64,000 bases of DNA from Candidatus Latescibacterota bacterium (GTDB lineage: Bacteria; Krumholzibacteriota; Krumholzibacteriia; WVZY01; JAKEHA01): assembly GCA_963707635.1 (NCBI GenBank), contig OY970173.1, forward strand, positions 2,080,001 through 2,144,000, given 5' to 3'. Within the stretch, counting starts at the first letter, position 1. Every line of letters begins with the position of its first letter. The position numbers were made by a program, and so were the translations under genes. The notes under the pieces are model-generated. The model was not told where the DNA came from. It ran no database searches and saw only the letters and a list, made by a program, of their open reading frames with translations. Of this stretch, positions 9,658 to 17,320 are shown one piece after another.

Positions 9658-11689
9658 CATCGCCGTCGTGACGCTGGCGCTGTGGCCGACCGCGGCGTTC
9701 GCCTACATCGGGCCCGGCGCCGGCTTCGCGCTGGTGTCGTCGTTCGTGACGCTGGTGGTGGCGTTCGGGGCCGCGTTCTTTGCGGTGTTCGCGCTGCCGG
9801 TGCGCGTGCTCGTGCGGCAGTGGAAGCGGCGCCGCTCACTCCGGCACGCGCGCGTGAAGAAGGTGATCGTGCTCGGCCTGGACGGGCTCGACCCCGACAT
9901 CTGCGAGGCACTGTTCGCGCGCGGGGACCTTCCCCACCTGCGCAAACTCCGCGACGAAGGGACCTACCGCCGGCTGGGCACGTCGATGCCCGCCCTCTCG
10001 CCGGTCGCGTGGTCGACCTTCGCCACCGGCGCCGACCCGTCGCGACACGGAATATTCGACTTCGTGGCGCGCGATCCCCGCACCTACGCCCCGCACCTTT
10101 CGTCGAGCGAAGTGTACGGACGCACCCGTTTCATCGGCGTCGGACGGCTCCGGTTCCCGGTTTCGAGCGGCGGCGTGCGCGGATTCCGGCGCAGCCGGAC
10201 GTTCTGGCGGGTGCTTTCCGACCACGGCGTGGCCTCCTCCGTCCTGCGGGTTCCGATCACATTTCCGGTCGAGAAGATCGACGGTGTGATGATCGCCGGC
10301 ATGTGCGTGCCGGATCTGCGCGGCACCCAGGGATCGTTCACGTTCATCACCAGCGACTCCGAGTCGCCCCCGCGCGGCGGGGTCGTGATCGACGTGCCCG
10401 CGTCGGGAGGTGCCGTCGTCATCCCCGGCCCCGCGAGCCCGATCGACGGCAAGCCGATTTCGGTGCGTGTCGAGATCCGTCGCACACGCGACGCCGGCCA
10501 CGAGCTCGTCGTGGGGCGGGAGCGCGTGGCGCTGCGCGAGCGGGAATACACGCCCTGGGTGAGACTCGCCTTTCGCGCCGCGCGCGGGCTGACCGCCAGC
10601 GGCATCGCGCGCTTCTATCCCGTGCGCCTGGCCGACGGCCTCGCCATCTACGTGACGCCGATTCACGTCGACCCGGAGCACCCGGCGATTCCGATCTCGC
10701 ATCCGTCGGTGTTTTCAGTCTACCTGGCGAAGCTCATGGGGCCGTTCGGGACCCTCGGGCTGGCGGAGGACACCAGCGCGCTCAACGACGGAGCCATCGA
10801 CGAGCAGGCCTTTCTCGACCAGGCCTACGACCTGCACGCGGAGCGACGCGCCATGTGGGAGCACGCGCTGGCGCGGCTGCGCGGCGGCCTGGCGGTGTGC
10901 GTGTTCGATATCAGCGATCGCCTCCAGCACATGTTCTTTCGCTATCGCGACCCGGCCCATCCAGCCAACGCGGGCCGCGACGTGACGCGCCACGCGGACG
11001 CGATTCACGAGATGTACCGGCGCATGGACACCCTGGTCGGTGAGACGATCGCGCGGGTGGATCGCCACACGGCGCTGTTCGTGATGTCGGACCACGGCTT
11101 CAAGCAGTTCCGCCGCGGCGTCAACCTCAACGGGTGGCTCGCGCGCGCCGGGCTGCTCGCGGTCAAGGAAGGCGCCGGACCCGGCGAGTACCTGAGCGCA
11201 ATCGACTGGAGCCGGACCCGGGCGTACGCGCTGGGGTTGAGCGGCATCTACCTGAACCTGCGCGGCCGCGAGCGGGACGGCATCGTAGACGCCGCCGACG
11301 CGGACGGCCTGAAGCAAACTATCATTCGCGGGCTCACCGCGCTGCGCGATGGCGACGGTCCCGTCATCCGCCGGGTCGTCGACGTGGCGCGCGACCTCGA
11401 CGGTCCCTATCGCGATGGCGGGCCCGACCTGCTGCCGGGCTACGAGGACGGTTACCGCGTGTCGTGGGACTGCGCCAAGGGATCGGTGCGCGACGAGTTG
11501 TTCGAAGACAACACGAAGTGCTGGAGCGGCGATCATTGCGTGGACTCCGACATCGTCCCCGGCGTCCTGTTCACGAACGTCGCGCTGGACGAGGGGCCGA
11601 TCGGGCTGGAAGACGTCGGCCCGACCATTCTGGATCTCTTCGGCGTGCCGGTTCCTTCCTATATGACCGGACGGAGCCGGGCGAAATGA
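9635..11689 (+). CDS. AlkP/NPP-like protein 3 with signal peptide, YIGPG motif and TM anchor
   Basis: N-terminus ...TAAFA-YIGPGAG, then a hydrophobic helix and RQWKRRR; followed by GLDGLD, TSMPALSPVAW, DRLQH, SDHG and SGDH. Confidence 0.87.
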   Translation: MSNRWIRSIAVVTLALWPTAAFAYIGPGAGFALVSSFVTLVVAFGAAFFAVFALPVRVLVRQWKRRRSLRHARVKKVIVLGLDGLDPDICEALFARGDLPHLRKLRDEGTYRRLGTSMPALSPVAWSTFATGADPSRHGIFDFVARDPRTYAPHLSSSEVYGRTRFIGVGRLRFPVSSGGVRGFRRSRTFWRVLSDHGVASSVLRVPITFPVEKIDGVMIAGMCVPDLRGTQGSFTFITSDSESPPRGGVVIDVPASGGAVVIPGPASPIDGKPISVRVEIRRTRDAGHELVVGRERVALREREYTPWVRLAFRAARGLTASGIARFYPVRLADGLAIYVTPIHVDPEHPAIPISHPSVFSVYLAKLMGPFGTLGLAEDTSALNDGAIDEQAFLDQAYDLHAERRAMWEHALARLRGGLAVCVFDISDRLQHMFFRYRDPAHPANAGRDVTRHADAIHEMYRRMDTLVGETIARVDRHTALFVMSDHGFKQFRRGVNLNGWLARAGLLAVKEGAGPGEYLSAIDWSRTRAYALGLSGIYLNLRGRERDGIVDAADADGLKQTIIRGLTALRDGDGPVIRRVVDVARDLDGPYRDGGPDLLPGYEDGYRVSWDCAKGSVRDELFEDNTKCWSGDHCVDSDIVPGVLFTNVALDEGPIGLEDVGPTILDLFGVPVPSYMTGRSRAK

Positions 11690-13626
11690 AGGGTCTCATC
11701 GGCGCGCTGCTGGTCGCGATGCTGGCGACGCCGGCCGCCGCGGCCGGCGAGCATCCCTCGGTGGTCGTGCTCGGCATCGACGGCATGGACCCCGATCTGC
11801 TGACAAGATTCATGTCCGAAGGGCGCATGCCGAATTTTTCCGCGTTGATCGCGGAGGGATCGTTCACGCGACTGGAGACGTCGATTCCCCCGCAGAGCCC
11901 GGTCGCGTGGTCGAACTTCATCACCGGCATGGACCCGGGCGGCCACGGCATCTTCGACTTCATCCACCGCGACCCCGCCACTTATACCCCGGTGTTTTCC
12001 GCCGCCGACATCGAGGAGCCGTCGAAGACTCTCTCACTCGGCGACTGGCTGCTCCCCTTGTCGGGGGGCGGCACGGTGCTGCTGCGCAAGGGCGAGGCGT
12101 TCTGGCAGGTGCTGGACCGCGCGGGAATTCCGTGCACGGTAATCCGCGTGCCGGCCAACTATCCACCTGCGAAGACGTCGGCGCGCACGCTCTCGGGGAT
12201 GGGCACACCGGACCTGCTCGGGAGCTACGGCACCTTTACGCTCTACACCGACGACGACATATGGCGCGGCGCCCACGTGAGCGGCGGGCGCGTGGTGATG
12301 GTCGACCGGGTGGACGACCGGGCGCGAATTCAGATCGAGGGGCCGAAGAACTCGTTGCGCAAGAGCCAGCCGACGCTGGCGCGGGAAGCCGTGGTCGACG
12401 TCGACCCCGAGCACGATGCGGCCCGGATCGCGGTCGGTGGCGAGGAGATCGTGCTCCACGCCGCAGAGTGGAGCGGCTGGGTCCCCATCGACTTCGACGT
12501 GCTCGGGCCGGTGAAGAAGCTCCGCGGCATGTGTCGATTCTATTTGAAGAGCGTGCGCCCGTCACTCCAGCTCTACGTGTCGCCTCTGAACCTAGACCCG
12601 CTGCACCCGGCGCTTCCCATCTCCACACCCGAAGACTATTGCGCCGACCTGGCGCGGCGGGTCGGGCGCTACTACACGCAGGGGATCGCGGAAGACACCA
12701 AGGCGCTCGAAGCGGGCGCGCTGAACGACGCGGAGTTCGTGGAGCTGACCGATACGCTGCTCTCGGAGCGCGAGCGCATGCTCGACGCGGTCCTCTCGGA
12801 TTATCGCGACGGCTTCTTGTTCTTCTACGTGTCGACCATCGACCAGTCGTGCCACGCCCTGTGGCGCAATGCGGACGCGGCGCACCCCGCCCACCCGGCG
12901 GACGGCGCGTTCGCGGACCGCTTCGCGACCCTCTACGCAGAAATGGATCGCGTGCTGGGAACGATTCGCGCGCGTATTCCCCGCGACGCCACCATGATCG
13001 TCATGTCCGACCACGGCTTTGCGCCCTACTACCAGAAGGTGCACTTGAACACCTGGCTGTACCGCAACGGGTACCTCGCCCTCGTGCGTGCGGACGAACC
13101 CGGGGGCCCGCTGTTCGGCAACGTGTTTTGGCGCCGCACGCGGGCCTACGCGGCGGGCCTCAACGGGCTCTACCTGAACGTGGCCGGCCGGGAGGCGCGC
13201 GGGATCGTCGCGCGCGGCGCGGAATACGACGATCTCCTGGCCGAGATCGCGACGAAGCTGCTCGAGTTTCGCGACCCCGAAAACGGCGAACGGGTGGTGA
13301 CGACCGTCTATCGGGCCCGCGACGTCTACCACGGATCGGAGGTGGGTGCGGCTCCCGACCTGATCGTGGGGTACAATCGTGGGTACCGGTCGAGCGACGA
13401 TTCGGCGCTGGGGACGGTCACCTCGGAGCTGCTGACCCCCAACCTCGGCAAATGGACCGGCGACCATTGCATGGACCATCACCTCGTGCCCGGAATCCTG
13501 GTGTGCAACCGGCCGCTGCGCGCGGGCGACCCGCGGCTGATCGACCTGCCCGTCACGATCCTGGCGCTGTTCGGCGTGGACGCGCCGGCCGCGATGACGG
13601 GCCGGGCGCTGATCGACACCCCCTGA
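11686..13626 (+). CDS. AlkP/NPP-like protein 4, exported (Sec signal peptide)
   Basis: ATGA overlap with the previous gene; MKGLIGALLVAMLATPAAAA signal; GIDGMD, TSIPPQSPVAW, DQSCH, SDHG and TGDH; paralog of protein 3. Confidence 0.87.
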   Translation: MKGLIGALLVAMLATPAAAAGEHPSVVVLGIDGMDPDLLTRFMSEGRMPNFSALIAEGSFTRLETSIPPQSPVAWSNFITGMDPGGHGIFDFIHRDPATYTPVFSAADIEEPSKTLSLGDWLLPLSGGGTVLLRKGEAFWQVLDRAGIPCTVIRVPANYPPAKTSARTLSGMGTPDLLGSYGTFTLYTDDDIWRGAHVSGGRVVMVDRVDDRARIQIEGPKNSLRKSQPTLAREAVVDVDPEHDAARIAVGGEEIVLHAAEWSGWVPIDFDVLGPVKKLRGMCRFYLKSVRPSLQLYVSPLNLDPLHPALPISTPEDYCADLARRVGRYYTQGIAEDTKALEAGALNDAEFVELTDTLLSERERMLDAVLSDYRDGFLFFYVSTIDQSCHALWRNADAAHPAHPADGAFADRFATLYAEMDRVLGTIRARIPRDATMIVMSDHGFAPYYQKVHLNTWLYRNGYLALVRADEPGGPLFGNVFWRRTRAYAAGLNGLYLNVAGREARGIVARGAEYDDLLAEIATKLLEFRDPENGERVVTTVYRARDVYHGSEVGAAPDLIVGYNRGYRSSDDSALGTVTSELLTPNLGKWTGDHCMDHHLVPGILVCNRPLRAGDPRLIDLPVTILALFGVDAPAAMTGRALIDTP

Positions 13627-13646
13627 CGGAATCAAAGGAGACACCC

Positions 13647-13838
13647 ATGTTCGGAAAGAATCGAGTTACCCTCGAAAAGGATCTGTTCGAGCGCGTGCGC
13701 GCGGCCTCGGAGAAGGCAGGGTACGCGTCGGCCGACGAGTTCGTCGCCCACGTGCTCGAACGCGAGCTCGCGAAAACGGAAGCGGGGTCGAGCGGCGACG
13801 TGAAGAAGCAGCTCGAGGGCCTCGGCTACATTTCCTGA
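13647..13838 (+). CDS. Second small RHH-like protein with C-terminal LGY motif
   Basis: AAGGAG RBS; MFGKNRVTLEKDLFERVRAASEKAGYASADEFVAHVLERE...DVKKQLEGLGYIS, resembling the 4864 protein. Confidence 0.8.
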   Translation: MFGKNRVTLEKDLFERVRAASEKAGYASADEFVAHVLERELAKTEAGSSGDVKKQLEGLGYIS

Positions 13839-13839
13839 C

Positions 13840-14661
13840 GTGTTCCTGCTCGCGCGCATCGTGACCCTCGTCTTCGACGCGCTGGTGGCGCCGTTCGGCT
13901 CCCATCGGCTCGCCGCGCTGCTGGCGGTTTCCCTGCTGGGCGGGGCAATGCTCGCGCTGGTTTTTCGCGCGACCTCGAAGCAGGCCGCCATCGGCCGTTC
14001 GCGCGAGCGGTTCAAGGCGCGGATACTCGAGATGCGTCTCTACCCGGACGACATCGTCCTGATCACGCGCGCGTTCGGGGGCGCACTCGCCGCGCAGGGT
14101 GCGTATCTCAAGTACGCCGCGCCCGGGATCCTGGCAGCGGTCGTGCTCGCCGCCCCGCTGTTCGTACAACTCGAGCAGCGCTTCGCCTCCCGCGCGCTCC
14201 CGCCCGGGAGCCGCACGCTGGTCACGGCGACGCTGGCGGAGGGCACCGACCCGCGCGCGGTCGTCACCTCGCTTTCCGGACCCGCCGGGACCGAGGTGGA
14301 CGCACGCTCGCTGCGCGCGAGGGCATCGCGCGACGTCGTGTGGGTCGTGGATGTCCGGGAGCGCGGCCGCCACGAGATGGAGCTCACGCTGGGAGCGCAG
14401 GCGTATCGATTCCCCATCGAGGCGAAGGAATCGTGCCGCGCGATCGGTCGACGACGAAGCGCGGGTTCCTGGGTCGACGCGGGGACGCAGGTCGGGCTGC
14501 CCGGGATCGCGGCGGGGGGCCCCATAGCAGGGGTTCGCATCCATTACCCGGCCGCGCACTATCGACTGCTGGGGATCGGGATGAACTGGCTGGCTGTATT
14601 CCTGATCGGGACTCTGGTGGGCGCGGTCCTGCCGGCGCGGCTGTTGAGAATCCACCTCTAG
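13840..14661 (+). CDS. Membrane protein, DUF106/EMC3/TMCO1-like topology with soluble insertion
   Basis: TM, basic helical segment (KQAAIGRSRERFKARILEMRL), TM, beta-rich insertion, then C-terminal TM WLAVFLIGTL..ARLL. Family assignment by eye only. Confidence 0.6.
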   Translation: MFLLARIVTLVFDALVAPFGSHRLAALLAVSLLGGAMLALVFRATSKQAAIGRSRERFKARILEMRLYPDDIVLITRAFGGALAAQGAYLKYAAPGILAAVVLAAPLFVQLEQRFASRALPPGSRTLVTATLAEGTDPRAVVTSLSGPAGTEVDARSLRARASRDVVWVVDVRERGRHEMELTLGAQAYRFPIEAKESCRAIGRRRSAGSWVDAGTQVGLPGIAAGGPIAGVRIHYPAAHYRLLGIGMNWLAVFLIGTLVGAVLPARLLRIHL

Positions 14662-14678
14662 GCGCGACTGGCGGCAAG

Positions 14679-14771
14679 TGGTGCCGGAGGCCGGAGTCGA
14701 ACCGGCACGGGGCTTTCAAAGGCCCCAGCGGATTTTAAGTCCGCTGCGTCTACCAATTCCGCCACTCCGGC
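14679..14771 (-). tRNA. tRNA-Leu (TAA)
   Basis: GCCGGAGTGGCGGAATTGGTAGACGCAGCGGAC-TTAAAA-TCCGCT, long variable arm, GGTTCGACTCC, encoded CCA. Confidence 0.96.
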
Positions 14772-14819
14772 GTCGGGCGGTCGCCTACTCTCTTAACCCA
14801 AATCGACCGCCCGATCCAG

Positions 14820-15272
14820 TTAGTCCTGCGGCACCCGCTTGCCCGTCGGGGCTTCGGCCGGGGTGGTGGCGATATTCTGTTCGTCGCGCAGGGCGGGACC
14901 TCCGTACCGCTGGCGCAGCATGCTCCAGCTGTCCAGAACCCCTCCCTTGAACGACAACGCATACTCGATGGCATCTCCCGAGTTCTCGTCGGTGTCGATG
15001 TACACCCATCGCTCGGCGGCGTCCTCGTTGCGGGCGCGGCGCTCGGGGCTACCCCACGAGGCCAGCACGCCGAACGGATCCATGCCCTTGACGACCTCAC
15101 CGCGCTCCACGTTTCCGCGGAACGGCGTGTCCGGATTCATGGCGAAATACTCCGCGCGCAGATCGGCGAGACGGTCGGGACGAGGGTCACGCGTGAGCTG
15201 CAATGACGACGCGCATCCGACGACGAGAACCAGCAGAGAAACCGACAAGAGCCTGTGTGGGGCTCGGCGCAT
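14820..15272 (-). CDS. Hypothetical lipoprotein (weak SmpA/BamE-like pattern)
   Basis: Lipobox LVVGC; KGMDPFGVLASWGSP...ERWVY...LSFKGGVL; AAGGAGG RBS. Confidence 0.7.
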   Translation of the reverse strand: MRRAPHRLLSVSLLVLVVGCASSLQLTRDPRPDRLADLRAEYFAMNPDTPFRGNVERGEVVKGMDPFGVLASWGSPERRARNEDAAERWVYIDTDENSGDAIEYALSFKGGVLDSWSMLRQRYGGPALRDEQNIATTPAEAPTGKRVPQD

Positions 15273-15366
15273 GACGGCCTCCTTCCTGCAAAGGAAGCCA
15301 GCGACGAGTAGCGAGCCCGCCGCCGGCGGACTTCGCAGTAGTTAAAACGCGGCCTACTACCCCACC

Positions 15367-15395
15367 AGTGTGGCACCACTCGCGGCGGCTGTCAA
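15367..15395 (-). promoter_or_regulatory. Putative sigma70 promoter for the lipoprotein (and possibly tRNA-Leu)
   Basis: Minus strand TTGACA-N17-CACACT. Confidence 0.45.
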
Positions 15396-15550
15396 TGCGC
15401 TACGTCTGTGTGGGTGGCACCGATTCCACCAACTCGCTGTCGTGACGTGACTTCGCGTCACGACCCCGCCCGCCCTGACACCTTGCTCACCCGCCGCCTT
15501 GCTCAGCCTCGCCATTGTGGTGCGGCGGAACGTCTGTCTATAATGCCCGG

Positions 15551-17320
15551 ATGTACGGTGCTGCATTCGCCTTGGCGATCGCCCTCGGGGGTTACGATCG
15601 CGCAGGTTTCTCCACCGAGTTCGACCGGTCCGGAGGGACGCGAACCTCCAGCTACGCCCAGACCGTCGACGTGCTCGCGGAGCTGGACCGCGCATCGAAA
15701 TGGATCAAGGTGGAGACGTTTGGAACCAGCGGCGAGGGGCGCGCGCTGCCGCTGGCGATCGTGGATCACCGGGGCCACTTCACGCCGGAAGTCGTCCGGC
15801 GTGACGGCAATGCGGTGGTGCTGATTCAGGCCGGGATCCACGCCGGTGAAATCGACGGCAAGGACGCCGGCCTGCGGCTCCTCAAGGAAATCGCTGTCGA
15901 CGGCTCGCTGGCCCACCTGCTCGACCACGTGACACTGCTCTTCATTCCCATCCTGAACGTCGACGGCCATGAGAATACGAGTCCGTTCAATCGCGCCAAC
16001 CAGGCGGGTCCGGAGAACCCCGGGTTTCGGGCCAACGCGACCAACCTGAACCTCAACCGTGATTACATGAAACTGGATGCGCCGGAAACGCGCGCGTGGC
16101 TCGCCCTCTTCAACCAGTGGCGCCCCGACCTCTTCATCGATTGCCACGTCACCGACGGAGCCGACTACCAGTACGTGATGACGTATATCGTCGAGGTGTG
16201 GCAGTACACCGATCCCGGGGTCGCGGCGTGGTCTCGCGACCGGCTACTCAAGCCGCTCCAGGACCGGATGCGCAAGAGCGGATATCCCCTCTCCCCGTAC
16301 TGCGAGTTTCGGGTGGACAACGACCCGACCAGCGGGATAAAGAGCCACGCGTCGACCCCGCGCTTCTCGACCGGCTACGCCACCATCCGCAACCGTCCCG
16401 CGCTGTTGCTCGAAGCCCACATGTTCAAGGACTACGCGACGCGGGTGGACGCCACCCACTCGATGCTGGTGCACGCGCTCGGAGTCGCCAACGCCGATGC
16501 GCGCGGGCTGCGGGCCGTCGTCGCGCAGGCGGACGCGCGCACCGCGTCGCCCGCCTTTCGCGGCACCCCGTTCCCGCTCGTGCTCGACGTGACCTACGCC
16601 GACAGCGTGATGATCGATTTCGCAGGGGTCGACTTCGAAAAGGTGAAGAGCGACATCACCGGCGGGGTGTGGTATCGCTTCGGCGCCAGCTCGACCACGT
16701 TTCGAATCCCGTACTTCAATTCCCAGCAGGTGGTAAAGGAAGCCGCGCTCCCCGAGGCCTACATCATCCCCCGCCAGTGGGCCGATGTGATCACGCGCCT
16801 GGAATGGCACGGGGTGCGCGTGTGCCGGACCGGGGCGGCGGTAACGCTCCCGGTGGAGTCGATCCGCCTGCGCGACGTCGCCTGGAGTGCCAAGCCGTTC
16901 GAAGGGCGCCACGCCGTGACCTACACGGGCGAGCGGTTCGAAGAGACGCGCACGTTCCCCGCCGGGTCCGCGGTCGTCGACATGGCCCAGGCGAACGCGC
17001 GAGTGATCGCCCACCTGCTCGAACCGGACGCGCCCGACGCGTTCGTGCAGTGGGGGTTCTTCGACGCGATCTTCGAGGAGAAGGAATATATCGAGTCGTA
17101 CGTGCTGGAGGCGAAGATCCGCGAAATGCTCGCCTCCGACCTCGCGCTTGCCACCGCGTTCGAGGAGGCGAAGCTCGACAGCAGTTTCGCCGGAGATCCG
17201 GAGCGCATTCGCCGTTGGTTCTACGAGCGCAGTCCGTACGTCGAGCATCGCACCGGAGTGTATCCGGTCGGGCTGATCCGCGACCGCGCCGTGGTCGAGG
17301 CGCTCTGCCCCGCGCGCTAG
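15551..17320 (+). CDS. M14 family zinc metallopeptidase
   Basis: AGIHAGEIDG, NVDGHE, NLNRD and DCHVTDG. TATAAT at 15539-15544 lies 6 nt before ATG 15551 (leaderless-like). Confidence 0.9.
   Translation: MYGAAFALAIALGGYDRAGFSTEFDRSGGTRTSSYAQTVDVLAELDRASKWIKVETFGTSGEGRALPLAIVDHRGHFTPEVVRRDGNAVVLIQAGIHAGEIDGKDAGLRLLKEIAVDGSLAHLLDHVTLLFIPILNVDGHENTSPFNRANQAGPENPGFRANATNLNLNRDYMKLDAPETRAWLALFNQWRPDLFIDCHVTDGADYQYVMTYIVEVWQYTDPGVAAWSRDRLLKPLQDRMRKSGYPLSPYCEFRVDNDPTSGIKSHASTPRFSTGYATIRNRPALLLEAHMFKDYATRVDATHSMLVHALGVANADARGLRAVVAQADARTASPAFRGTPFPLVLDVTYADSVMIDFAGVDFEKVKSDITGGVWYRFGASSTTFRIPYFNSQQVVKEAALPEAYIIPRQWADVITRLEWHGVRVCRTGAAVTLPVESIRLRDVAWSAKPFEGRHAVTYTGERFEETRTFPAGSAVVDMAQANARVIAHLLEPDAPDAFVQWGFFDAIFEEKEYIESYVLEAKIREMLASDLALATAFEEAKLDSSFAGDPERIRRWFYERSPYVEHRTGVYPVGLIRDRAVVEALCPAR

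Noticed and set aside
6271..13626. Calling the four AlkP proteins sulfatases
   Set aside because: None has the C/S-x-P-x-R formylglycine motif; their motifs are NPP/phosphodiesterase-type.
14782..15360. AGTAGG motifs (minus strand) before tRNA-Leu and in the lipoprotein leader as targets of the candidate sRNA's CCUAC repeats
   Set aside because: Only 6-7 nt of complementarity, expected by chance.
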